Shown: piece after piece, positions 10,448-20,363 of the stretch
Layout of the letters: each line of letters starts with the position of its first letter
Numbering within the stretch: position 1 is the stretch's first letter
Assembly: GCA_039024555.1 (NCBI GenBank)
Contig: JBCCQQ010000051.1
Coordinates: 1 to 45,644 of the forward strand
DNA length: 45,644 bases
Direction: 5' to 3'
From: Cyanobacteria bacterium P01_D01_bin.156
Lineage (GTDB): Bacteria; Cyanobacteriota; Cyanobacteriia; Phormidesmidales; Phormidesmidaceae
Translations under genes and position numbers: made by a program
The notes under the pieces: model-generated
What the model was told of the DNA's origin: nothing
What the model saw: the letters and a program-made list of their open reading frames with translations, nothing else
The model's database searches: none

Positions 10448-11239
10448 TTAGCTATGAACCCGCTTACGCTTCACCAGTAGACCCGCCACTGCAAAGGCAC
10501 CTAGAGATAACAACGCAGCTGGTTCAGATACAGGCTGAGCATCAAAAGAAATATCGCCGATGCTAATACCGTGTCTCTTTGGATTATCGACTGCTGTATC
10601 TGGGCCATCGGTGTAAATCAGCTCGAAGCTATCAATAGCACCAGCAAAGCTCACCGCAACATTGCCGCCATCGGCGTCAGTATTCGGTGAATTTTGAATA
10701 CCCGCTACTGTGTTTGCGTCAACTTGAGCAGTCGTCGTGTTGTCAAAGATGTTGAAAACAGGAGCGACCTCCACACCATTCAAGAATCCTGTGATACTCA
10801 CTTGGTCTTGCCAAGTCAAGTCCTCAGCAATATCAACGTCCAACACGTCAAAGGAGACACCGGTCAAAGGACCGCCAAAGCCACTAAATGAAGTGACCAT
10901 GCTGACGAAGTTTGCAGCCGGGTCGACATTAGCACTATCTATTTGAACGTGTAGAGTCCGATCATCATCTCCATCACTCCCATTGATAACGCTGTTGACG
11001 TCGGGGGTGACTGGACTGTCGAAATCTGAAAACTGGGAATTACCACCTAGGCCAAAGTCAATGTCTACAGTGCCGCCACCAATTTGGAAGCTACCGCTCT
11101 GCTGACCACTGACCCATTCACCATCTTGAGCGATTTGTTCCCAATCCAGCACATTTTGCGCCTGAGCCTGTGCTGTTTGAAATGCAACGCCTACAGTGAC
11201 TGACAGAAGGCCTGCTATCGCTATATTAGGAAGTTTCAT
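10448..11239 (-). CDS. PEP-CTERM-type exosortase-sorted surface protein (VSEP variant)
   Basis: Signal peptide (AQA); acidic beta-rich body; C-terminal QPVSEP, TM helix, then KRKR. Confidence 0.85.
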   Translation of the reverse strand: MKLPNIAIAGLLSVTVGVAFQTAQAQAQNVLDWEQIAQDGEWVSGQQSGSFQIGGGTVDIDFGLGGNSQFSDFDSPVTPDVNSVINGSDGDDDRTLHVQIDSANVDPAANFVSMVTSFSGFGGPLTGVSFDVLDVDIAEDLTWQDQVSITGFLNGVEVAPVFNIFDNTTTAQVDANTVAGIQNSPNTDADGGNVAVSFAGAIDSFELIYTDGPDTAVDNPKRHGISIGDISFDAQPVSEPAALLSLGAFAVAGLLVKRKRVHS

Positions 11240-12003
11240 ATTGCGGCATCCTTAAGCTGCTTTATTCCAGTTACTCCTATTGGTACTACTCATCAAAATT
11301 AGCCTTCCATAGGTAAAAGCTCGAATTTCAAGCACCTGACAGAAATAAAGCAGTAATGAGTAGACAATTAATTTTGATCAAACAGGTCCCACCTGACCCA
11401 TATTATAGCTTCTTGATTAGTTATTCATAGGTCCTTAATAAAATATTTGGTGCCGTAAATAGACGTAAGCCAAATGTTAGAGGAGCACATGCTTCCTCTA
11501 ATTTTCTCTAGCTGTAAGGAAAATCAAAGTGAATCGTAGATTTGGCCTTACTTGAGTGTCCTAGATCTTGTATTTCTCACTGTATTTCTTGTGTGAGGAA
11601 GCCCTGGCATATGAGGCTAAATTTTCTTTGCCTACCTTTATTACTGAACCTACCCACAAACCCGTTGGATGAGCTGTAGTCCTTAATGGCAGAAGGTTAT
11701 ACGGTGGCACCATCATGTCAAAGTGAACGTTGGACCGGAGATCCAACCATGCTCAAGAGGTCTCAGTATCTCTACCTTTGATGAGCGGTAAAGAACAAAA
11801 CTGTTTGGGGTCGTTAGATCCGTGAAAAACGAATGTTTCTTTGTCAAAAAGTGATGCCCAGAGCTTTGTAATGCTGGCAGCTTAGCTTCTGTGTAGGTAG
11901 GCCTAAGTGTTCGTCTTTTTGAATAATTACAAGGACTTTTTCTAATTTAAAGTTTAAGTAAAGATATCAGCAAAATCATGAATTATAGGCAAAGTTGGCT
12001 ACG

Positions 12004-13254
12004 TTAATGTTTGTTGGGCGCAGATGTCATCGCTTGTCCTGCTAGCCAACTGGTTGTCCAGGCACTTTGAAAGTTGAATCCTCCGGTAATCCCATCGATG
12101 TCCAGGATCTCTCCAGCCAAGAATAAGCCTGGCTGTAAACGACTTTCCATGGTTTTGAAGTTAACTTCTTTAAGGCGAATGCCTCCACAGGTGACAAATT
12201 CATCTTTGAAAACTCCTTTCCCCGCTACTGTATGGCTACTTTGGCAAAGTTCCTGAGTCAGTTTGTTGATGGTTTTATTAGACAGGGTTGTCCACTGTTG
12301 GCATGCATCGATGTGGGCGCGCTGTACAAAATATGTCCATAAGCGTTTTGGAGCTGGGGTGGGATTGTGATTGGAGATCGCCCGTTTGCCACCATCGTGT
12401 CTTGCCTGTTGTAACAAGGTGCGTACTTCGTCTTGATGGAGGTGGGGTAGCCAGTTAACTAAGAGCGTTCCTTTATAGTGATGTTCATATAGAGCACGAG
12501 CTCCCCAGGCTGATAGCTTGAGGATGGCCGGACCACTCAGGCCCCAGTGGGTAATTAGGACAGGGCCAGTTTGTGTGAAAGATTTTTTTTGTCCAGTGAG
12601 CTTTAAGCTCACTGTGGCAGGATTCATAGATAGCCCACTTCGTTCCCGTAGAGCTGGTTCATTAATGGTGAATGTAAATAATGAGGGAACGGTTGGTTCA
12701 ATTGTGTGCCCCAGACTATGGGCAATGCGGTGACCTTGGGAGCTACTGCCTGTGGCTAGAAGAATGCGATCGCACCGTATGCTCCCACTCTTCAATTTGA
12801 GTGTAAATCCTGGGTTGTTGGCAGTGACTTGGCGGACGGGCGATCGGGTTTTAATCGTTACGCCTGCTTGGTGAGCCGCCTTCATGAGACAGTCCACAAT
12901 GGTGGCAGAATCATCGGTGACAGGAAACATGCGCCCATCGGGCTCCGTTTTTAGCTTTACCCCCCGTTGCCGGTACCAGGCAACCGTGTCCTGGGGGTGA
13001 AACCGAGAAAATGCACCTCGTAGTGCTTTGCCACCACGAGGATAATTTTGTACAAGTTGAGCCGGGTCAAAACAATGGTGAGTGACATTACACCGACCGC
13101 CACCGGAAATACGCACTTTGGCTAAGCATTCGGGACCAGCTTCGTAAAGGGTGACGGTGGCTTGAGGATTTGTTTGGGCTGCTGCGATCGCACCAAAAAA
13201 ACCGGCTGCCCCACCACCAACGACGGCTATGTTTGCGTTCATGCGATCGCTCAA
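12004..13254 (-). CDS. HI0933/BaiN/YhiN-family FAD-dependent oxidoreductase
   Basis: VVGGGAAG, KVRISGGGRCNVT, GRMFP, THWGLSGPAIL, VTCGG, GEILDIDGITGGFNFQSAW. Confidence 0.93.
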   Translation of the reverse strand: MSDRMNANIAVVGGGAAGFFGAIAAAQTNPQATVTLYEAGPECLAKVRISGGGRCNVTHHCFDPAQLVQNYPRGGKALRGAFSRFHPQDTVAWYRQRGVKLKTEPDGRMFPVTDDSATIVDCLMKAAHQAGVTIKTRSPVRQVTANNPGFTLKLKSGSIRCDRILLATGSSSQGHRIAHSLGHTIEPTVPSLFTFTINEPALRERSGLSMNPATVSLKLTGQKKSFTQTGPVLITHWGLSGPAILKLSAWGARALYEHHYKGTLLVNWLPHLHQDEVRTLLQQARHDGGKRAISNHNPTPAPKRLWTYFVQRAHIDACQQWTTLSNKTINKLTQELCQSSHTVAGKGVFKDEFVTCGGIRLKEVNFKTMESRLQPGLFLAGEILDIDGITGGFNFQSAWTTSWLAGQAMTSAPNKH

Positions 13255-13745
13255 ACCAAATTCCTATGAACTGTGGGTTTTGCTCGATGGATACCAAGCA
13301 TTGCTCACACTATCACCTGTGTCACCCTGGGATTTTATTCGCATTCACAATAAATTTTATATTTTGTACTTTTATTGGCTTATATTAATGAATGTGAAGG
13401 CATCTCAGATTTCTATCAGTAGAAGTCCAGGTGCTAAATAGTGATGATTGCCTTGGCTGCTCAGGACTTTATCGGTTTTGGGTAGCCAATTTCTTTTTGA
13501 AGGCATTGTCATAAAAGCTTAAAATTGTTTCAAAAGGTAACGTATTCGTCATGGCTAGCAAAGACCAAATCCGTAAGCATCTTTCCATTAGTGCGTCTGT
13601 AAATCTGGGTGTATCCAAACCCAGTAACGGTGACGACACCCAAAAAATGCGCAAGCTTGAACATGTTCAAATGAGCCAAGGTTCTACGGCTAAGTTTTAG
13701 GCAATAAGAGGGTATCAACTCAAGCCGAGCAACCCTTGCTAGGAG

Positions 13746-13817
13746 TGAATTCGGAAGTTGGAGTTTGAAAGTCGGAAGAAGGTGATGCCGACTTCAAATT
13801 TTAGAATTCCGAATTCA
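13746..13817. repeat. Imperfect inverted repeat built from degenerate ~7-nt units (STRR-like), upstream of the DUF1016 gene
   Basis: TGAATTCGGAAGTTGGAGTTTGAAAGTCGG ... CCGACTTCAAATTTTAGAATTCCGAATTCA. Confidence 0.7.
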
Positions 13818-13875
13818 GCTGATAGTCAGACCGCTATAGTTGGGCTAGATTTTTCCAGGCTGGTCTGTCGTCTTT

Positions 13876-14919
13876 ATGTCTAACCCTCTGTCTACTGATA
13901 ACTATCGCCAGTTTTTACAGTCTCTGAAAGATCGGATTCAGTCGGCTCAGGTTAAAGCGGCGCTAGCAGTTAATCAGGAGCTAATTCTCCTGTACTGGCA
14001 GATCGGGCATGAAATTTTAGACCGACAACAGCAGGAAGGGTGGGGCACGAAAGTCATTGAGCGACTGGCAAAGGATCTTAAGCGTGACTTTCCGGATATG
14101 ACTGGGTTCTCGGCTCGTAATCTTAAGTATATGCGGGCGTTTGCTGACGCATATTCCGATCATCAGATGGTGCAGCAAGTGTTTTCTCAAATTCCTTGGG
14201 GACATAACGTGCGGCTGTTAGATGCCCTCAAAGATCCAGAAGAACGTCTTTGGTATGCCCGTCAAACCATTGAGCATGGCTGGAGTCGGAATGTATTGCT
14301 CATGCAGATTGACCAAGGTGCGCACATTCAGACCGATAGTGCTGCGATTACTAATTTTGAGCGGACGCTACCGCCGGATCAGTCCGACCTGGCTAAGAAT
14401 TTAATTAAAGATCCCTACAACTTCGACTTTCTTACTCTGGCCGCTGATGCTCAGGAACGGGATTTAGAAAAGTCGTTACTGGGCCATATTCGAGACTTCT
14501 TGTTAGAGCTGGGGGTGGGGTTTGCGTTTGTTGGTAGTCAACACCCTATCCAGGTGGGTAATAAAGAATATGCTATTGATTTGTTGTTTTATCACTTAAA
14601 GCTGCGATGCTTTGTGGTGATTGACCTCAAGCTAGGAGAGTTTGAACCAGAGTTTTCTGGCAGAATGAATTTTCTAGTTTCGGCGGTAGATGACTTGATG
14701 CGCCATGCTGACGATCAGCCCACCATCGGTATGATTTTGTGTAAGTCTAACGATGCAACGGTGGCCGAGTATTCTTTGCGGGATGTGAATAAGCCCATTG
14801 GTGTAGCCACTCACCGTTTAGGACGTGAACTACCGGCTGACTTGCAAGGGACATTACCGACGGTAGAAGAGTTAGAACAACAGCTTGAAAGTGCTCAGCT
14901 GTCTGGAACTCAGGATTAG
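13876..14919 (+). CDS. YhcG/DUF1016 family PD-(D/E)XK nuclease-domain protein
   Basis: VNQELILLYWQIG, GFSARNLKYMRAF, IKDPYNFDFL, FLLELGVGFAFVGSQ, IDLLFYHLKLRCFVVIDLK. Confidence 0.93.
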   Translation: MSNPLSTDNYRQFLQSLKDRIQSAQVKAALAVNQELILLYWQIGHEILDRQQQEGWGTKVIERLAKDLKRDFPDMTGFSARNLKYMRAFADAYSDHQMVQQVFSQIPWGHNVRLLDALKDPEERLWYARQTIEHGWSRNVLLMQIDQGAHIQTDSAAITNFERTLPPDQSDLAKNLIKDPYNFDFLTLAADAQERDLEKSLLGHIRDFLLELGVGFAFVGSQHPIQVGNKEYAIDLLFYHLKLRCFVVIDLKLGEFEPEFSGRMNFLVSAVDDLMRHADDQPTIGMILCKSNDATVAEYSLRDVNKPIGVATHRLGRELPADLQGTLPTVEELEQQLESAQLSGTQD

Positions 14920-15141
14920 TGGTTATTGCTGTTGAGGGTTGTCTGCTCTTTGATCACAACACATTGGGTTCTGCGCCAGTTTGAAACCCCAGGGCAGTCC
15001 TCCACCTGATCGATTGCTTTCGTGTGTTGTGGTGAGCACTCTTCAGGTTGAATTTAGGAATGATGTATTTCACAGATGTGTCTGGCTTTGGATGCAGTCG
15101 CTTGTGGCAAGGCCAATCAGTTAGTTATTTGTGAAGATGTT

Positions 15142-15363
15142 TTATGGATCAGCCTGGGAGGCTTCGTATTCTTTGGGGACTAGATAAAGAAACAAATACC
15201 ACCACACTAGAATCACAAAGGCTGCTGGTGTGGTAATCCACCAGCGATGCAGCCAAACCCAGCTAACAGTCGGTACCGTTAGACCGGTTAATACAATCGA
15301 CCAAGGCTGACACCACCATGGTTTGAGTTGCCAGAGCGATCGCGATTCTTTAGATGATTCCAT
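15142..15363 (-). CDS. DUF6737-like small Trp-rich membrane protein
   Basis: W-x-x-KPWWCQPWSIVLTG motif followed by two short TM segments. Confidence 0.8.
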   Translation of the reverse strand: MESSKESRSLWQLKPWWCQPWSIVLTGLTVPTVSWVWLHRWWITTPAAFVILVWWYLFLYLVPKEYEASQADP

Positions 15364-15397
15364 ACTCTAAATTTTTTGCTCTAGGGTAACCGTATCG

Positions 15398-15438
15398 AAA
15401 AAAAAAGCGGTTGAAACAGTAAATCTGTCTCGCCCGCT
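15398..15438 (-). terminator. Strong Rho-independent terminator (end of a candidate sRNA or leader)
   Basis: Minus strand AGCGGGCGAGACAG-ATTTA-CTGTTTCAACCGC followed by T9. Confidence 0.75.
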
Positions 15439-15815
15439 CCTTGTTAACCCACCCCAGGAGCTACCTGAATAAAACAGACAGCCCCGGTTCTGAAATTGCT
15501 AGCGCCGCTAGGCACTAACAAAACCTGAGGAGTTCATAAACATCCTAGACCCCTTGTAACTATAGGGCTTTTGGCTGCTGTCACGTATGCAAACCGATTT
15601 CACAAGGAATATTTCGAAACCGTTAGAAACGTGTTGAACTATCAACTTGAGTTAAGAATCCCATGGGAATATGACAAATAGATTTAATTACTTATTTTCT
15701 TTAGAATTGCTTTTATTTTGTTGTCGTTGATACTATTTTTTAACTTTTGGGCTGTGATTGGTCTTTCTAGCAAGGGTTTTGTACGTTTATGATTTGGTTT
15801 TGAGGGGCTGTATCG

Positions 15816-16610
15816 ATGCTGGATCTAAGTGCTCCCTATGAGGTCAGCAACCTAGATTTTTATCGTAAGTATCACGGGCAGCAGCTTTACTACCGATGGG
15901 AGGGGATTGTCTGGTGGCGGCTGTCAGAGGATGCACCACTGGAGAAGATATTTGCGATCGCAGGTATGAATGCTACAAAAGTTTTCCTATGTTCTGGCGA
16001 AAACGGTGAATACGGTCATCGTATTAATCGAGAGCTAGGTCTCTACTGCCACCCAGAAACCGGTGACGTCTTAACCCAATGGCAGCCGTTTCCTAATCAA
16101 ATTCCTGTATCAGTCGTGCCCATAGCCAATCGCGTAGTGCAGGGCGATGTATCTCCTAAGACCACAACCATTCCTGCAGGTGAACCCTATCTGAAAAAGG
16201 TTCAGGAAATTCCCCTAACCTATCCTCATCCTCTAGCCGATGATCTGAACTATCGCGATCATTGCCCTGGCCCGCTTTTTCAAGGGACCGAATATTTCAC
16301 CACATATGCTGTGCGTCCCGGAGTCGATGCTCCGACGCCCCTATGGGCACGAGATTGTCCCTGGCTTCCTTGGATGAAGTTAGGCTACGAACACCCCGCG
16401 CGTCTGCGATTTGAAACCACCATTCAACGAGTTGATAGCTTTGAAGACCTCAAACCAAAACTGATTGAAGTGATCCGTCAGCGCGTTCCTATTTACGAGC
16501 ACACTCCAGACTCTACGGATGAGCCCAATGTAACTAGTACGACATACTTCAAAAAGTATTTTGATGCGTATCAGGCTGGTGAGGAATTTCCCATTAGAGA
16601 GATACAATAG
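15816..16610 (+). CDS. DUF1838 family protein
   Basis: YYRWEG, IFAIAGMN, RELGLYCHPETG, VVPIANRVV, WARDCPWLPWMKLG. Confidence 0.75.
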   Translation: MLDLSAPYEVSNLDFYRKYHGQQLYYRWEGIVWWRLSEDAPLEKIFAIAGMNATKVFLCSGENGEYGHRINRELGLYCHPETGDVLTQWQPFPNQIPVSVVPIANRVVQGDVSPKTTTIPAGEPYLKKVQEIPLTYPHPLADDLNYRDHCPGPLFQGTEYFTTYAVRPGVDAPTPLWARDCPWLPWMKLGYEHPARLRFETTIQRVDSFEDLKPKLIEVIRQRVPIYEHTPDSTDEPNVTSTTYFKKYFDAYQAGEEFPIREIQ

Positions 16611-16732
16611 CTATACCTAAATTGTCTTCTTTTGGTACAGCACAGCTAGATATCGCAAAAGCCTCTGTGCTGTCAGAAGCTGAGAGAGTGTTGATTCTGA
16701 AAAAGAGAGATTTTCAGAATATTGTTTTAACC

Positions 16733-17017
16733 TTAAACATCGTACATACGAGCTTCTAAAGCATCAGGATTCTCTTCGCAGTAGCAGGCAAATGACACTG
16801 TTGGGTTTGATCTTTGATGACTGTTCTGAGCTTTTTCCAATTCTTCAACAGCTTCCCAAGCGATGGCGGTATCAATGCTTTGTGTACCATGCATTTCAGT
16901 GAGACGACGCGCATGTTCTAAGGCAGCTTTCAGTTGAGTTTCCAAGGCTGATTGGGAAGAAAGCTGCTGCGTATTTGAAGAGGATGCTGTAACCGCCGCA
17001 ATAGTTGTGTTAGTCAT
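16733..17017 (-). CDS. cp12: CP12-like protein (atypical Cys pattern)
   Basis: Core AWEAVEEL (canonical AWDxVEEL); tail YCEENPDALEARMYDV. Confidence 0.85.
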   Translation of the reverse strand: MTNTTIAAVTASSSNTQQLSSQSALETQLKAALEHARRLTEMHGTQSIDTAIAWEAVEELEKAQNSHQRSNPTVSFACYCEENPDALEARMYDV

Positions 17018-17230
17018 GTTTAAAGAGGGTTTTGTTTGAACTGGTTACAGCTTAGCTATAATTTCTAAAGATGTGAAGATGCGAAATATATAAGTTTTAT
17101 CTATGATTCATTAGTTCTTTTTACCTTTGAGGGGGGTGATCGTTGGATTCCAAGGGACAAGTCACAAGTAAGGTTTGTGACTTGTTGTTGGAAAGGTAGA
17201 GGGTTGTTGATCCCTGAAAAAACTGGTGAA

Positions 17231-17527
17231 CTAATGATCAGAGCGCTTAGAAAATGTGTTCAGATAGATGGGCTCAATCTTCTGCTCAACAGTTGTTTTA
17301 CTGCGAGTGGTGAGTCCCTCAAATTGGATCTTTTCAACTTTCTTCCTCTGGTTGTTGAAATGTTCAGTACGTAGCTTCTGAATAGAGTTTTTAGTGTGGC
17401 GATCAAGAGCCTCTAAACGAATTCTTTGAGCATTATCGTTGGCAGGCTCAATTGCTAAAGCCACAGGAACAATGGTACTGGAAGCAACGAGAACAGTTAA
17501 GGCAGAAAGAAGTGTACGTTTCATCAT
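17231..17527 (-). CDS. Small secreted protein with ~15-16-aa degenerate repeats
   Basis: AAGGAG RBS before ATG 17527; signal peptide MMKRTLLSALTVLVASSTIVPVALA; repeats QRIRLEALDRHTK / QKLRTEHFNNQRK / EKIQFEGLTTRSK. Confidence 0.7.
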   Translation of the reverse strand: MMKRTLLSALTVLVASSTIVPVALAIEPANDNAQRIRLEALDRHTKNSIQKLRTEHFNNQRKKVEKIQFEGLTTRSKTTVEQKIEPIYLNTFSKRSDH

Positions 17528-17656
17528 TAACAGCTCCTTGATTAACTTGATAGGTCTGTGCTGCATTGATTACCAGTATGCAGATAGCATCTGAAACTGT
17601 TGTGATCGCAACCTGAACGTTGCCTAAGGTATTTCTAAAATTGGCTGAGCTAATTC

Positions 17657-17672
17657 GGTGACAGTTATCACT
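17657..17672. promoter_or_regulatory. Candidate CRP-type binding site
   Basis: GGTGA-CAGTTA-TCACT, close to TGTGA-N6-TCACA, in a divergent promoter region. Confidence 0.4.
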
Positions 17673-17808
17673 AAGTCCAACGATGCGAACAGGTCGGCAT
17701 TACTCTTGACCCAGACTCTATAGCTTGTCTGACTTAAGATTCTCGCTCATCTTGCTCTGCCATAGCCGTAAAATACTAAAGCTTAGGCTTGTATTTGGAG
17801 GATAGGGT

Positions 17809-18999
17809 GTGTCTAAATCGCGGGCAGTGGAACGTTCCGCCGATTGGTCGTGGCCATGGTGGCCGCTGATGCCGTTGTATCCCTATGGCCAGCGTCGTAC
17901 ACTACGCCGTGCGGTAATTCCCAATCAGATTTGGACCTTTGACCAAATGCAGGGCATTTTCTATGTCGTTGTACCTATCCGAATGACGGTTGTGCGCCTT
18001 GCTTCGGGTGGTTTGCTGGTATATGCCCCCGTTGCTCCCACACCTGAATGTATTCGACTTGTTAATGAATTAGTGGCTGACCACGGTGATGTAAAGTACA
18101 TCATCTTGCCTACAGTGACCGGACTAGAACATAAGGTATTCGTCGGGCCTTTTGCACGAAAGTTTCCTGAAGCAAAGGTCTATGTGGCTCGTCATCAATG
18201 GAGTTTTCCGCTCAATCTACCCCTAAGCTGGTTGGGTTTTCCGATGGGCCGCACCCATTGGTTGCCAGATCATGCAGCGGATGCGCCTTTTGGAGATGAA
18301 TTTGACTATTGCATACTGGGGCCAGTGAATTTGGGAATTGGTCCCTTTTCGGAAGTGGCGTTTATGCATCGCGCTTCTAAAACCCTATTGGTGACAGATT
18401 CTGTAGTGTCAATTCCAACGGAGCCGCCAGAAATTCTGCAATTGGACAGCTACCCGCTGCTATTTCATGCCAAGGATGGGGCTGCGGATAATCCGGTAGA
18501 TTCCCCAGAAAACCGTCGTAAGGGGTGGCAGCGGATTGCGCTATTTGCGTTTTACTTTCGTCCCGATGCTTTGAAAGATCCACAGTGGGGGCATGTTTGG
18601 CGAGCCAGAAAAGAATCTGTGGATCGGTCTCGGCGAGCGTATTTTGGCCTTTACCCGTTTGATTGGGAGCCTACGTGGCAGCAGTCGTTTGTACGGCTGA
18701 GTGGCAATGGGCGCTTACTCGTAGCTCCAGTCCTGCAGGCACTGATTTTTAATCGTGGGACGCAGGCTGTTCTAACCTGGGCCAATCAGGTGGCTGAACT
18801 ACCGTTTACTCAGATTATTCCGTGTCATTTAGAGGCTCCTATTAAAACGAATGGAGCAACGTTTCGCGAAGCTTTTGCATTTTTGGCTTCTGAGAATACC
18901 TCAGGTCGAGGTGGGCAGCTACCGGAAGCAGATTTTGACTTGCTTAATCAGATTAGTCGTCGGTTGGCAAAGTTTAGAATTACCCCGCCACCGGCTTAG
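17809..18999 (+). CDS. DUF4336 domain protein (metallo-beta-lactamase-like fold)
   Basis: WSWPWWPLMPLYPYG, IRMTVVRL, VYAPVAPTPEC, GLEHKVF, IIPCHL. Confidence 0.85.
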   Translation: MSKSRAVERSADWSWPWWPLMPLYPYGQRRTLRRAVIPNQIWTFDQMQGIFYVVVPIRMTVVRLASGGLLVYAPVAPTPECIRLVNELVADHGDVKYIILPTVTGLEHKVFVGPFARKFPEAKVYVARHQWSFPLNLPLSWLGFPMGRTHWLPDHAADAPFGDEFDYCILGPVNLGIGPFSEVAFMHRASKTLLVTDSVVSIPTEPPEILQLDSYPLLFHAKDGAADNPVDSPENRRKGWQRIALFAFYFRPDALKDPQWGHVWRARKESVDRSRRAYFGLYPFDWEPTWQQSFVRLSGNGRLLVAPVLQALIFNRGTQAVLTWANQVAELPFTQIIPCHLEAPIKTNGATFREAFAFLASENTSGRGGQLPEADFDLLNQISRRLAKFRITPPPA

Positions 19000-19051
19000 C
19001 TAATGCAGAAAGTGTAACGGCGACAACGTGTTGGCTAATGCCTAACATTGG

Positions 19052-20188
19052 TTAGCTGTCTTGCCTATAGGGGTTAGATGTTGGCTTGTTGATTTTAAAG
19101 AGCAGATTGGTGTAAATCTCAAAAGCGGTATCCCAATCGCTGGGTTTACGTCGGTCTAGGTCTAGGTGAACCTTAATGTGGGGCAATAAAGGCATCATTT
19201 CCAATGCGCCCCGGCCAAAGTTCGTGAATTCTTCGTGTACGGGACAATCGGTGACCCGGTTTACGTGGTCCATCAAGCCATTCCAGCGAATTCGGGTAGA
19301 GGTGAGATTGGTTTGGTCTGGTACTAAAGCTGCACTATGGCGAAATTCGTAGCTGCGATCGCACACTCTCAAAATAATTTTCCGCCCATGAATATGTAAA
19401 TCAATCACCTGGGCATAGTCTTGCACTAGTTCTTTGCGCTTTGTCTTACCCCAGGCTGTTTTATCATTCACCTCTTCGAATACCGGCAGCTGTGCTCGAA
19501 TAATTTGGCTAACTTCAGACCAATCAAACTGAATAGAGCCCGTTTGGCCAGTTGGGCTCTGGCATACCACAATCGGTTGTGGAGCAAGACTCCGAAAATG
19601 CTTAATTGAGAATATCTGTACCGTTGTCAGCTCATCAATGGTTGCCCAAATACTAGGCACCCCTGCTGGACGCAACGCCTCACCGTAGTATTTCATCTCA
19701 CCGATAGGCCCTGTACGCTGAAGTCGCAGACCTTGTTTTGGCAGCTGTAACCGAGCCATGTAAGGATCAATACGCAGTATCTCTGCTAATCCCATCGCGG
19801 CCTTTTGCAGATCCTGGGGGGGCATAATGACGAGCACACCCGGTTCTTCGCTACCCAATACCGCTGTCGCTTCATCTAAATCTGCCTGGCGACTCGCTTC
19901 CCGTGCCTGTTGTACTCGTTTTAGTCCGGCCCGGGCCTGACCCATGAGTTTAGGGTTATTCACCCGTTTAAGAAATGTAAGATAGGTCTTCTCCGCAGCA
20001 TCCCACTGCAATGTCCCTTCCTGTAAGCGACCAATGGAAAGTAACATCAACGGGTCCTTGGGCGATGCTTTACGCCACTGTTTAAGGAGCTGCTTGGCAC
20101 GGTGATAGTCCTGGGCGTTAAGGGCAGCAGTGACGAGTTGATGCATAGTAGTCGGCAGCGACGTACAAATCTTCCCCATTGTAATCAT
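19052..20188 (-). CDS. TPR-containing conserved cyanobacterial hypothetical protein (start may be ATG 20146)
   Basis: N-terminal TPR-like helices (DYHRAKQLL, WDAAEKTY, QARAGL); C-terminal DYAQVIDLH. Confidence 0.7.
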   Translation of the reverse strand: MITMGKICTSLPTTMHQLVTAALNAQDYHRAKQLLKQWRKASPKDPLMLLSIGRLQEGTLQWDAAEKTYLTFLKRVNNPKLMGQARAGLKRVQQAREASRQADLDEATAVLGSEEPGVLVIMPPQDLQKAAMGLAEILRIDPYMARLQLPKQGLRLQRTGPIGEMKYYGEALRPAGVPSIWATIDELTTVQIFSIKHFRSLAPQPIVVCQSPTGQTGSIQFDWSEVSQIIRAQLPVFEEVNDKTAWGKTKRKELVQDYAQVIDLHIHGRKIILRVCDRSYEFRHSAALVPDQTNLTSTRIRWNGLMDHVNRVTDCPVHEEFTNFGRGALEMMPLLPHIKVHLDLDRRKPSDWDTAFEIYTNLLFKINKPTSNPYRQDS

Positions 20189-20363
20189 CGATTTCCATAG
20201 GGGTGTAGCCTGAGGCTGATTGTTGCTGATTGATGGGCTGGGCCGACTGATGCTGCTCGACTGGAACAGCCGCTTTCAGAAAAAATCATCCTGATAATTA
20301 GCAACGCTGACGCTTTAAAAAGCATCGCTACAATAAGACTGGCAATCTTCATCCCCCTTCACT

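Noticed and set aside
11561..13718. Short minus-strand ORFs at 11561-11746, 13469-13654 and 13530-13718
   Set aside because: About 60 aa, non-ATG starts, no motifs; probably spurious
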